Assembly: GCA_030141605.1 (NCBI GenBank)
Contig: JAQGDQ010002372.1
Coordinates: 186,001 to 250,000 of the forward strand
DNA: 64,000 nt
From: Tubiluchus corallicola
Taxonomy: Eukaryota > Animalia > Priapulida
Direction: 5' to 3'
In this document: positions 42,624-55,931 of the stretch, in pieces
Layout: every line of letters begins with the position of its first letter
Numbering within the stretch: position 1 is the stretch's first letter
Program-made: the position numbers and the translations under genes
The notes under the pieces: model-generated
The model's input: the letters and a program-made list of their open reading frames with translations, nothing else
The model's database searches: none
What the model was told of the DNA's origin: nothing

Positions 42624-42943
42624 ACGGCATAAAAGCATAATATGATGATCTAATTTTAGTAATTTTGGTAGTTGCTATTGTGGTCTGAATCATTATTGTT
42701 CATAATTGCTCAACTCGGTGTGACTTCAAGAAAATGTTTATGCTAGTAATAGTGTGAAGGCTTATGATAGTGTAAAGTTCAGCAGAAATAACATAAATGA
42801 TTACAAAGCATTACAAACAGCTGTAAGTGATGAGGGTTTTAATTTGAGAATAGTTTTTTTTGTACAGATACTCTATAACCATTGACTGTATTCCAAATAA
42901 ACCTTTGTATACTACAAGTATTTGTTAGGTGTTATTTCAGATG

Positions 42944-45900
42944 TTAACTACGTGGCAAGTTAAACACTGCTAATGGTCCACTGCTTGTAGAACACCTGTC
43001 CAGGTATAAAGAGCATGTGTATTTGTTCAAGTCGAAGATAGCTGAAAAAAGACAGTAAAAATCTTTATCAGATCTGTTTTCAAAATTTCGAGTTTCCAGT
43101 ACTTAAAATATAAAAAATTAGAAACACATTATGTATCAAGTATTTTTGAGAATAGCAACATCGTCGAGTTGGTTCTTTTAATTTAAATAAGGGTTGAATC
43201 AGCAATTCCCAAAATCATCAACTAAGTCTGTATCTTGATCAGGAAAAGGAGGTCAGTTCGGTTTTTCTAGTGTTAAATCTAGCAGTAATTCCCAGTCTCA
43301 GAGAAGATTTCAGCACCGTAGATAACTAGCACTTAACTGACCGCCTTGAACAGAATGGGCATGATACGATACTAATGAATTAGAATTTTTAGCATACATG
43401 GCTATATGCAAATAAATTATTGTCATAAATATATCACTTGATAAAGTAAAAGCAGAGAGTCTGGGAAACCAACTTTGGTCATTATTTAACACCTTCATTG
43501 ACATGGTGAATGGAGAAATCTGGTCATTGAGAATAACACTCTGGTAACCACTTGTAAATAAAGAAGACTGTTTACTACAATGTCACAAATGTACACTAGC
43601 ACAGCGCACTCTTGCATAATTGAACCCCGAGTTAAACTAGCAGATTAATGAATGCGAAGAGCCATTTCAGGTTACAAACTTACCTGTAAATAAAGTAATG
43701 CTTTTCATTGGATGAACTCTTTCTGAACGGAAAATCGGAAATTTTTCGTCGGAAGAGTCACTTAACAATTCCATAATCTCACTAATTGTTTTTATTGGAG
43801 GCGCTTTCCGAATCACTGCCTCTCTATGCTTTGATGATGCAACAAGACTTGGTACATCACAGCCTGCATTTATTCTGTGGTATCTGGAAAGTTAACACTG
43901 ATTGCATTCAGTCTTTAAGTACTATGTACCACCTTTAGTACATCAACATCAATATTTTTCTGTGTTGCTGCACATTATTATCCAATCGTGATTTTAATCA
44001 TTTGTAACGAATCAGTTGAATGAATAATATATTTAATGCATACATGTTGACATGGTATCTTGTTGGTACTGTCATGCAGTGATCTTTTTCTTTCATCACA
44101 CAGACGTCTAATCTTGAGGCTGTTTCATCATACTGCGGATATGCAACTTCGTAGTTAGATATCATTTTTTCTGAAGGTTGCATTAAATTTACGCTACAAG
44201 CAAAAAAATCGCATGCTGTCAGACACTATATCACACCATGCCAATTTTAACAAAATTCTACAGCGCTTGCAATACTGTTTTAAGTTTGGCAGGTTTTCTT
44301 ATTAAGCTGGCATATTGTAAAGATACCTGATTCAGTTTGGTAACATTAATTTTTCAACATTGTATGTGAGTGAGCAGTAAATGTCACAAACTTAAAATAA
44401 GGAAAAGATTACATGTATGAAGACTATGACAAGGAACAAGACTGAAGCTATTCAGTATGAAAGTGTTGAGCAGCTCTGAATTGTATTATGATTATTAATA
44501 AACAAAAACTGGCGAGCAAAGCTCACTTTTACAATGTTGCTCGGTTTGCTTGCATCCTCACTTCTCTTTATCTCTCTCTTTGCAGGCAGTCTGCAGAAAA
44601 TTTTAAAATGAGGCTTTTTTGCGTTAAATTTATCTTTAAATTTATTTTAGGCAGAGCGGCATGACACCTTTCTCTTGATTATTGTGTTACTATAATACAA
44701 TATTTGAGTTACCATGCCATTGAAAGAATTTTTCCTTTGAAATACAGTAATACTGAAGTGTGCGAAAATTGACCCCCTCCCCCTATGTCTGTCCCAGTGG
44801 CCCTAGTATTATTCATGCAAAATTTCATTGAAGTCAGTCATTTGGCCATACATAAAGAGCAAACAGGCAAACTTGAGTGGCTAAAATAGTGTAGGAAGCT
44901 AATGGTTTTAATAAAATCCTGTTACCTGATGCCAGACGCTATCCCACAACCTTCATCTCGTAACACATCTTCCACTTCTGCCTTGGAACGAGCTGCTAAT
45001 ATTGCCCTGACCATTATCGGCACAGCTAAAAAATAAAACCATACAATTTTTTAACGCATTACAATCTAACAATAATATATTCCATTTTCCACAAAGGAGA
45101 TTTTATTATTGTAATTATATATTAAAAAGCATCCTTGCAAAACTTATTCCTAGCTCATTTAATATAAAATTAATGTACTAATATACATGTAGAGCTCCCC
45201 TAGTAAATAGAAAGAAACTGATGCCGACCTACTGTATAAAAGCTTTGACTTAACTTTTCAGTGCCAGGTTTCAAATGAAACTCCCTTATTATAACATGAG
45301 AATTCTGTTTGCAACCACATTGCTATTGAAAATTAGGGACTACAACCATCATGAACAATGGCCCTTTAATTGTAAATAACACTGGGATCGTATGAGCTTT
45401 GAACTGTTTGTTTAGACACGAATCTCACAACCAAGTGCAAATGGGTGTGCAAACCCAGAAAATTATCTTTTTTGTTATATCCTTACGTAGTTTTCCTCGT
45501 CGACATCCATTTGGTATTACATCATTTAGAGTATAGATGACTCCATGTTTGTTGAAGCCAATGCTGTATCCAGGTGTGAAACCAAAAAATGAAATGGCAG
45601 TCCAGTCTTCTTCTAGGACACCATGTTTGCCCATTGGCTCATCACTGATTATATGAGCTGTTATCATCCCATATGAGTGTTCCAGACACAAGAAATAGTC
45701 CTCATTATGTCCAAGTGCAAACTAGAAAATGATATACAAACAAAATTAGTTTATAACGATACAACGATATATTAAGGCTACTCTAATATATTAGACACAA
45801 ATGTGTACTAGCTTTTTCTAAGCATTTATCTTGCAATATTATACAAATGCATAGCATAAATATTTTTGCAATTCCAGGAAATACGATGAATACCAGTGTA

Positions 45901-48616
45901 CATAAAAACTCGTATTGTGGAGAAAAATAGCAGTGGTGTATAATGCTTCTTAACACTGTTTATGAATGTTTTCCGGATTCCTCTTCCAAACATACATTGA
46001 TCAGTACAGATGAAAGAGCAACTTAGCAAAGCAACTCTTTATGGTAATATTCATTTTTAAAATAATCACAGACATTAAACCAACCTAGCTGTTACTGAGC
46101 ACTTTGCTCCTTACAACAAGCAATAAAATTTTCTCAGAAAATATCCACGGTCGTACGTCTTGTAAAAATTGTCTGTTTAACAGATAAGAATCTGCTTAAC
46201 AAGTTTTACAATAATGGTCATTTTTTCAGAAAAATCTGTGTGTGGTGTGTTATGCCACATATGTAACTCTTCATTACATAATGTGTGCACAAGATCAAAT
46301 ATATCAAAAGCAAAGTACCACTAGAATGATGAAGGAACACCAACACAGAGAGATTGTACATAAAAAATACCTCTTCAGGATTATTCAAAAAAATATCTGT
46401 ACAACCGATCGATCCTCTGTCAACTTCACTGCAGGTTTTGCGAAATCTGTCAGAATCCAGTATGCCCATAGCAATCAGTTCTTGTGATATGGTATTCATA
46501 AACAACTAAAAAATGGAAATCTGGGAAATACCTGACAGCGTTATTAATGAGTGATTTTCTAGTAAATCTGAATGCATGTCCTTCTGAAATACAAGATATG
46601 TTTCGGCAAAAGCTAAGCTTGGCACATTATTACATGCCTAAAATTATCGCTATTACATTTAAAATTCTGTAGCAAACGATTACTAGTTCCAACATAAAAG
46701 TACACAAAGACAAAGCATTATAGTAAAAGTAAAAGTAAAAGTAAAAATACGCAAGCGACTTCTAAGAGTGGTCAAGAGAGCATTTATGGTAGTCCCTGCA
46801 GCAAGCCAGCAATAAAAAAAATAAATTCTATTGCTATATGCCATTATTAATGATGCCACAGCATCAAGGCTATACATTCAAAACCATGCATGTATTTTAT
46901 GATTTCTTGTTGGAGAGTGCAAATGTGCCATTTATGTATTTCTATGCACGCCATTTTTTACACATGCACATTTGAATAATTACTTTTTCAAATGAACAAC
47001 TGCTTCCGTCTGCTATCCCTTGCAATTCTGTCACATACTGAGGAAATGAGTCTTGCGTGGTGACCAAAAATTCTTCATAAATCTGTGAAGTATAAAGTTA
47101 TGGAAACTTGAAAATCTGTTCAATGTATCTGGGAGGAATTTACTCATGCATTATGCTTTTAAAAAAATTGAATGACTGCAAATCCTTTTATTTGCTTACA
47201 TTAATTAATATTGATGTATACAGCTATAGGGTCCCGACAACCAAGTCCTTCGGTTGCCAGCGACTTTGATTTTGGACATTTGAAGTGTTAAAACTAAAAA
47301 TTAATTTGAATTTTACTGCAAAAACTAGACTATAGGTTTATTCTTATGTCACAACTATAATATGTACCCGACAAAATATCAATGACAACAATAGTTCAAC
47401 TAACTTATGTACTAAGGCCTTTTACATTATTAATAATAATGTTAACAAAATGTACTGTAGCCCCATTATCAAATGAATCATAAAAGCTAAATTGTATATT
47501 ATGCACAAAAATACAAACCTGTATCTGATTTAGACTTAATTTAGTGACACATCTAATTTCATAAAATTTAAAAATAAAATAAGTGTATACCTTTTTTCCC
47601 TCATCTGTATTACAGAATGGGATTATGGCATCTTTTATGTCAGTGTTAGTTTCAAAATATTCCTGAATTTGCTGCCTGAAAGTCTTTCCCTGCAAGAAAA
47701 ACATGTTTTTACAATTAAAATAATAATTTCACAGAATGAATAAAGAAAAAGCTACCCAGAGTATCAATGATGCAGTAAGTCCACCTTCCCAGACTCTTGT
47801 GCTTGATACCTTGAAAATCTTTGACATTTACACAATATACAAGTCATTCATTTTGGCAAATTTGATTCACAAATTTTCATTTGATAGGACTTCGCCAGGT
47901 CAAACAAGGTCAGATGCTTTTCACTTTCAAATTTTGTCAAGCAATTACTGGCCTAATATTCGGCCACATTATCCGGCCTTTGACTCCAGAGTCATTGCCC
48001 ACCATTTCCCAAACGTTGTCGTCGTTCATCTACTGTCTGCACGTGCAGCTAAAACCTACCTTTATAACACTATAGTTGCAATTGCTCGAATCTTGGATCT
48101 GCCCTCTCTCTTCCCTGGGGAGGGCATAAATATTTTTTGTCGATGTTGAGTTGTCAGTAGGTGGCAATTTATTTTAATTCCTTGCACTGAGCTGACCTGC
48201 AACATCCAATTGCTGTGCAGCTATTGAGATTTCGACCTGTTTATCCCTACTCTTGATATACTCTCGCGGTGACCTTTGACATTGATCATTATTTTGCCCC
48301 AAAGTGTTTCCACACAAAAAATCTCAAGGCTACCTCCTAGTGATTCAGGCCTGACTGGCTTAAACTCAGATTGTTGACAGACAACGGCTGACACAAGGTG
48401 CCCAGACTTGCAAACTCGGGAAGTTAGGGGACTTAAAAATGAAAAACCAATTCGAAGTTGCTGCATTCAAATATGTACTACACAGCATCTTATTAGTGAC
48501 AAAACACTACACACAGTCTATAACCTTAATATAAAAAGGTAACTTACAATAGCATATCCCACTGAATAATAGTTTCCAGACACATGAAGTGCAGGCAAAG
48601 AACGAGCTTCCTCCAT
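42944..48616 (-). CDS. tan: Peptidase C45 (Ntn-hydrolase), tan-like beta-alanyl-dopamine/carcinine hydrolase (394 aa, 9 exons)
   Basis: Exons 48616-48548, 47689-47591, 47082-46984, 46505-46371, 45721-45487, 45025-44926, 44193-44044, 43883-43684, 43041-42944; 1185 nt, in frame. Motifs GNYYSVGYAIGKTF, FPQYVTELQGIADG, autoprocessing G|CTD (Cys124), GHNED, GFNKHG, TAIFDL. Family is secure; orthology to insect tan is inferred. Confidence 0.85.
47760..48480 (+). mobile_element. Possible highly degraded tyrosine-recombinase (DIRS/Ngaro-like) remnant in intron 1 of the tan-like gene
   Basis: GC-richer insert with fragments LPTISQTLSSFIYCL and TTADTRCPDLQTRE, weakly reminiscent of YR N- and C-terminal motifs; many stops. 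Confidence 0.25.
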
Positions 48617-50067
48617 ATTTACTTGACTGTTGTTCTTTTCATACGTTTGAAAATTATTCTTACTTGCTAGCTGCTACTGATGTTTATAACAGCAGTTTTC
48701 AGAATTACAGTGAGACATTAAGCCACTAAATAAATATTATACACTGAGATATGTTTGTGATATCGCTGCACACATATACCAACAAATATTTGCCATAGCC
48801 ATGGTACTATATTGATAAAGTAAGCTGTACTTTTGCGCTAAAACATGAATCAAGGCCATTTGCACTTTAGATATAAACATAGACTAGTAAGATCCAACGT
48901 CCAGCTTTAATAATAGTAGTTGTAGCCTTCATGCACTAAAATGTAACAGTTAAGCCAGAATTGAACTCACATTGACCTATTCGTCACTGGCGGCACTATG
49001 CATGTATATATTTTAAGCTTCATGTAGGGCCCCAATATGTGGATATTACCCGTGCACTATCGTACAAGTTTGAACAGGGAAAGTATAGAAAGATTTATGA
49101 TGCAGAAAAAACTTTGGACCTAACAATAATTCTTATAATATCACCAGAATGAGCCAACTTGTTGCTTGCAAGTTAAATTATAATGAAGAAACAAGTAGAT
49201 GTCAAAGATAACCGTTGCCCCCCCCCCCATAAGATACAGAGCGGGTACAGGCATATGTACTTGTAAGTCCTCTCTCAAAATGATAACTAACGGAGTTAAA
49301 ATGTTGATTTTAATTTAAAAGGAGCAGCCAGGCAACAATTTCTTGATGACGTACCAACAGGTTCTTTAACATCTTCGTCGTTTGCGACAGTAATTGCCTT
49401 GGTGGGTAATAATTTTGTGTGCAAAACTTGTGGCCATGTCTACAAGATATAAGCTCTATTATTTTGTTCTTTACAATACCTACAAATGCGGAAGTGCATA
49501 TTAATTATTTCCTTCATTTATAAACTCATTTGTGACTACATTATGGGTAGAATAACGTTGTGTGGATGTTTCCCAACAAGTAGCTAGGGTAAAAATCAGG
49601 AGAACAGTCCATGTCAGCTGCATGTTAGCAAGTAAAATTATTTGTAAACAAAATTCATAAAAATGTAAAACAATTAAAACAAATGCAAAAGAGTTACACG
49701 CCTACATTAGTAAAGGAAAGGGAAAAATGATTCAATATGATTGGGCTGCTTAACTACTGTAATATCTGCTGACCTGACCAAGTCTGCGAGGATTCATCAA
49801 CAATGTACTGACAAAAATGACATAGTGCAAATCATTATGGTTTTAATGTATTATCACGTATTTTATAAGCTTACATATTTATAAAAATAAATTTGATTCG
49901 ATCTGACTGATTTAAGTATCTGGGCACGAATTCATGTACTGCTCTCACGACTGTTTCGCTGTCTTAAGTGTGGTTTAAGCCAGCGGAAATATCTATATCC
50001 AATTCATTTAGACGTCTTATCTCCCCCTAGTAAGCGCGACTAGGAAAGTTAGGCGGAATTAGATATG

Positions 50068-50103
50068 TAAGTAAGTAAAAGAAAGAAAGAAAGTAAGTAA
50101 GTA

Positions 50104-50137
<34 letters not shown>

Positions 50138-50163
50138 TAAGTAAGCAAGTAAGTAAGTAAGTA

Positions 50164-50226
<63 letters not shown>

Positions 50227-50243
50227 GTAAGTAAGTAAGTAAG
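50068..50243. repeat. (GTAA)n/(GCAA)n tetranucleotide microsatellite
   Basis: Directly visible. Confidence 0.95.
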
Positions 50244-50411
50244 ATCTGAATCTAATCTTGAAGAACAATTGGAAAGTTCTTTTCTCAAGTCAGTTAATTT
50301 GTTAATTTTAAATTGTTAAAAATAAGTGTTAGCTGAATTCAAGTTTTAAGCAAATTTTTATGTAAATAAAGTGATACTCTAAAAAGATCGTTGAAAAGCC
50401 ATATTGGCAGT

Positions 50412-51032
<621 letters not shown>

Positions 51033-51259
51033 ATAATATAACTTTTATTTAGTTTTTTTAGTAGCCCAGTTGCACGTACAATTAACTAATACATTTTCTC
51101 TGATCCAATCAAAGTAAATAAATATTAAAAAACTTGAATTTAAGTTTATGTGAAATTTGTTTTGCCGTTTTTGTTATAGAATTAGTAGCTGATAAAATTT
51201 TTATTTATAAGCCTAGTTATTAATTTCATTTTTCTAAATCAGAACCATCCGGTTGTCAT

Positions 51260-51378
51260 AAAAAAGTTTGAAATAAAAAGTTTGAAATAAAAGTTTGAAA
51301 TAAAAGTTTAAATTAAAAAGTTTCAAATAAAAGTTTGAAAAAAAGTTTGAATTAAAAAGTTTGAAATAAAAGTTTGAA
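51260..51378. repeat. Short tandem repeat of ~13-14 bp (AAAAGTTTGAAAT)
   Basis: About 9 imperfect copies. Confidence 0.8.
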
Positions 51379-52249
51379 GATAGAGCTAATTTGCTGAGGA
51401 AAGTGGTGGTGGTGTTGAGATCTTTGTAATACGTAATCCTTTGTACTTACTGTACCTACCCTTATAAATTTATGATAAGCATACCATACGTATTTCAGAA
51501 AATATAGGAATACAAATCAAGTAGCAAAATTTAAATTGATACGAAGACTCGGACCTGGGACGTTTGTGTTTGAAGCAGATGTACACCAAATGCAGTACAG
51601 TTATGTACCTCATTTTGCGTGGATTGTTGCTTAACCTTTGACCTACAAACTGTTTGTTCTAGAAAACTGCTTGAAAATTGTTTATTGTGTAATTATACAT
51701 TTAGCTAAAACTATGTGTTTAACAAAAAATAGTTTATTTGGAAATTTAGAATACGAATCAATGAAATAATATATAAATCAGAAATGAAAAAACACAAGAC
51801 ATTTAGAGCAAAAAGTGGATAAACAATGTGTATTAATTAAATGTGAAAAAATTGTGGTAATAATAACTGTGGTAAATGTGAATGCAGAAATATCAACACA
51901 AATTTACACAATCATGAATGAGTACAGTGAAAAAATGCGTAAAAATGATTAGGTAGAGCTAAAAAAAAAGTACAAGGTTGCAAAGAATATTAATGCAAAG
52001 AACATTCACAACGAAAAGTCCCGCTGCATTTTCTCTGGCAGAATCGATAGCACTTGGTAGATCTTCTATGAAAATGACATGAAACAGTTACTGTGGAAGG
52101 CAGAGCATCTGTACATCGGATCTGCTGCTTTTTTTCTGTAAAAACAACACAGGATGACAGGGATGCATTCAGCAGTGATGCAGAGTATACATTTCATTAC
52201 TGCTAAACACATCCCTCTCATCCTTGTCTCTCTCACACACTCACTCATT

Positions 52250-52620
52250 CCTGCACCCAATCCCATTCCCTTACTTTCTCTGACACTTGCTCACTTGCCC
52301 TCCTACTCCCTCTCCCCCTTCTCTCTCTCACTCCCTCCCTCGCCCTCCTACACCCCCTACCCCCACTCCATCCCCTTCCCACTCCCACACCCACACCCTC
52401 TCCCACACCCACGCCCCCTCCCACACCCACGCCCCCCACACCCACTCCATCCCCTTCCCACTACCACTCACCCTCCCCACACCCACACCCACGCCCCCTC
52501 CCACACCCACGCCCCCTCCCACATCCTCATCCCACTCGCCCTCTAATCACACTCCCACACCCCTTCAGACTCCTCCCCCTCTCTCCCTCACTTGCTCTCC
52601 CTCAAACTCTCTCACTCACA
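52250..52620. repeat. C-rich low-complexity / minisatellite tract (ccctcccacacccacgcc units)
   Basis: Directly visible; the minus strand is G-rich. Confidence 0.8.
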
Positions 52621-52815
52621 ATTACTTCCTCCCTCTTGTAGTTTGGTACTAGTCAAAACACTAGAAATTCATCAGATCTTTTGATTAATTACTATTTATT
52701 TCAGCGTGAAAGAGACACAAAAAACTTGCAATTATAATTTGTGTTTAAAATTTAAAATGTTATAAAATAAAACAGTATTCCACAGTTTAAGAAATTTCGA
52801 AGCAGAAGCCAGTTC

Positions 52816-53144
52816 TTCTTGAATTCAAAATCTGAACCAAGAGCAGGATTCTTTAAGAAATAATGCAGAAATTCCTGCAGAGAGCTTGCAAATGTTTGCA
52901 TAAAAAAAGTGCTCTTAATCATTAATTTGGTGAATTTTAAAATGTAAAAACAACTTCTAAGTCCTTGCTTGGAATTTAGTGATAATCTTACTCAACAAAA
53001 CAAATTATAGACTCCCCGGCATCTCCATCTGAAACTTCTGTGACAATGATCTACGATACCTGTTCTGTTTGAGTTTTTTTCCTTAAAGAATGTGAGTTTT
53101 TTCCTAAAGAATCCTGCTCTTAGTTCTAATTTTGAATTCAAGAA
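52816..53144. mobile_element. MITE-like element with ~45-bp inverted termini
   Basis: ttcttgaattcaaaatctgaaccaagagcaggattcttt ... aaagaatcctgctcttagttctaattttgaattcaagaa. Confidence 0.6.
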
Positions 53145-53146
53145 TG

Positions 53147-53511
53147 AGCCTTTCCACAGCTCCAGCGATTGATGATGATCGTGAGAAGGTCAAAGGTTAA
53201 ATATACCACAGCAACGCGTCTTAACTGCAACCGTCACGAGACGTGGGGGTAAAGCAAAGCCGTCTGCTGGATTAGTTAAGTAACTTCCGTTGTTTTACAT
53301 GGACTTTACTTAACTATGCATTAGTCTGCGCATAGAGTGATTTACTAGCAAGATTTTGCTTGGGAACAACAAAAATAAATTAGGCAAGCTTAAAACTATT
53401 ACTATTTCAACAGCAACGGCTGCGAGGCGTTGTGAAGTACACAAAAATGCTTTGTATGGCAACCTGTGACTTTTCACGATCATCATCAATCGCTGGAAAA
53501 GTGAAAAGGCT
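53147..53511. mobile_element. MITE (PIF/Harbinger-like) with ~45-bp TIRs
   Basis: agcctttccacagctccagcgattgatgatgatcgtgagaaggtca ... tgacttttcacgatcatcatcaatcgctggaaaagtgaaaaggct. Confidence 0.65.
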
Positions 53512-55059
53512 TATTGGAATCCCGAGTGTTTCGACTAGTACCTCAAGCTAGTAGCTACAGTGGGTGAAGCAGAGCACATTTGGTCAAACTATGTATCATT
53601 CATTTTAATAATTTTATTTTTCTTTAATCAGCAATCCTAATCTTGTTTTTTTAGTTAATTCATAATCTTATATTTTTATAGTACATTTTCCACCTAAAAC
53701 GTGTAAAGTTCTATTTTTAAAAAAAGTGAGAGTCAGTTGCTAGTCAGTGGTTTTTAATTTACTTCTTTTTCCAAGCTAAGTATTTTGACATGTGTGTCCT
53801 TAGACTGGGAAATAAGAGATATAAGATCTGGATATAAGAGAGCTCCAGTTTGGTACAAACTCTTTTTGATTCAACATTGTAACGATTAGCTAGTGAAAAA
53901 TGTTGAGACGTGGAAAAATAATACACTTGCTGCTTTTATTTATGCTAAAACGAAAGAACTAATCTGTCAATTTTGCAGGAAATGATGTTGTTGTCTGCAC
54001 TCCTGTCATGCCCTGGCCGCCGGTGACGTCATATCTGTTTTTTCAGACACCTCTGTGGTGCGAGGAAGGCAAATGAAAAATAAATTTCGTTTTCCCATGC
54101 AGGGCCTCTCTTATATGGCACAGTCTAAACAAGGCATGACAGTAAATCAAGCACTACTGACTAACACCAGTCTGCGACTTTTCTAAAAAAAAACTTATGC
54201 ATTTAAAAACTAAAAAAACTTGTGCCTTTAAAAAATGAAATAATTCGCTACACAAAATTACTGATGGCGGAAGCTGTTAATTAATAACTGATACATGTAT
54301 GACCAAATATGCAATCATCCTGTGCCCACTGTCACTTGACAAAACTTTCGTGATCCAATTGCAGCCAATTCTTTTATCAACCATGTAGATTCGACCCCGT
54401 CCTTCTGCATGGACGTGTCTTCTGGGCTTGTCCTCTGCGTGCGTCCTCTGGGCGTGTCTTCTGGGTTTGCCCTCTGGATGTGAACCAGTGATTCTGTTCA
54501 AATGTAAATAGCTTAAATCAATTCCCAAGTTGCCAACATACAAGAAGTAACAAACCAAAATACAATATGCTCTCTATTCGGTTTGACAATAGTTTTTATA
54601 CCTGCACATTTTTTCAAGTTCCCTTATCACAGAGTATGTGTTCGAGGTTTCTTCTCTATCTCAGTGTAGTTAAAACACATGGCCAGGGTCAGTGTTTTTT
54701 ATTTATTTATTTAATATATCCACAATGATTATTACAGCATTGTACATAAAAGTATTTAATAATATATTTATTATTATGTGCACAAGATGCCAAGCCGCAA
54801 ATTACTCGTGGGGTACTCAAGAAGTAATTACTTGTTTGGAGTACCCCAAATGAATGTGGACTGAGTGTAATAGAAAAGAGCACTAAAGGAGTAGAAGGAA
54901 AGGTTAATAGAGAATAGAAAGAAGAAGAAAGGTGTGATGGTATCTGTATGAAGTAACATGAACTATAGAAATGTAAAAATTGACATAGCAACACAATGGA
55001 TTCCGACAGGGACAGCAGTGTAATTAATCAAATTGATTTATTCTGTATAATTAGAAAAG

Positions 55060-55420
55060 ATTTCACTTTTGAAATTTCTTTTGAAGTTATTTATAGATAA
55101 ACAATAAGTCTAGGGTCAGTGTTAGCGATGAAGTGCCTTGCCGCATCAGTCCTGCAATACTTAATACGAAATTCGCTAAATCTTGTTGAGTAATGTCTTA
55201 CGTTAATAGCTAATAGGTTTAAAAAGAAAGCAGGGAGAAGTTTATGTTTGGTTATGTAGATGTAAACAGCGGTATTCAGGTTTATTAGATCATTTAGCAC
55301 TAGGATAGAATAATTCTTATAAATCAATCTTATAAATTTACGTTGTAGAGAGTTTAGTTTAACTAGAGTTGAAGGGTAGGTGTTAGGAAATGCGGGACCT
55401 AACTAGAAAACTGTTAGTGG
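55060..55420 (-). mobile_element. Degenerate 3' fragment of an L2/Crack-like LINE
   Basis: ILVLNDLINLNTAVYIY...LLPAFF...HYSTR...IKYCRT resembles the post-RT C-terminal pattern (HxYxTR...RT) of these LINEs. Confidence 0.45.
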
Positions 55421-55931
55421 TGCCCTCTACCCTACAAAAGCTGAAGATTGATGATGTTTTATGCGCACCGTGTAGCACGCCAGTCCCAGCCAAAAAACGT
55501 TGAGGGCTTGAGGCTCCACATTAGAAAAAATGATATGTACTAGAAGTTGAAAACCTGTATGAAATATTTAATGTTTTATTACAAGTCAAGATAATTACTG
55601 ACATAATTAATAAAGAAACGATCAATAAAAAACATTGAAACGCAGATATACGGGAACAGACTGAAGATTTGCACTGCGTTCACAACATCAAGATACTTCA
55701 AACACACCAGACGTTCATTAATTCATCACAGAGTCCTCGACCAGAGAGTGTTGAAAGCGGGGCCCCTCTTGGCGCGAGGTCCAATTTGAAGAAATCTGTC
55801 AAATTGGCTTAAAACCGGCCCTGAAGATGACATGTAAGTCTTATTGGTAAACTGCTACAATAGTGCTAAATACTTCGCTTACCAAAAAACTACTAGGTCT
55901 ACTGCCATGAAACTGAAGTGAACTGAAGTAA

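Noticed and set aside
52066-52652. Pro/His/Thr-rich ORFs resembling extensins
   Set aside because: Open in several frames because of the C-rich tract; no signal exon or splice support.
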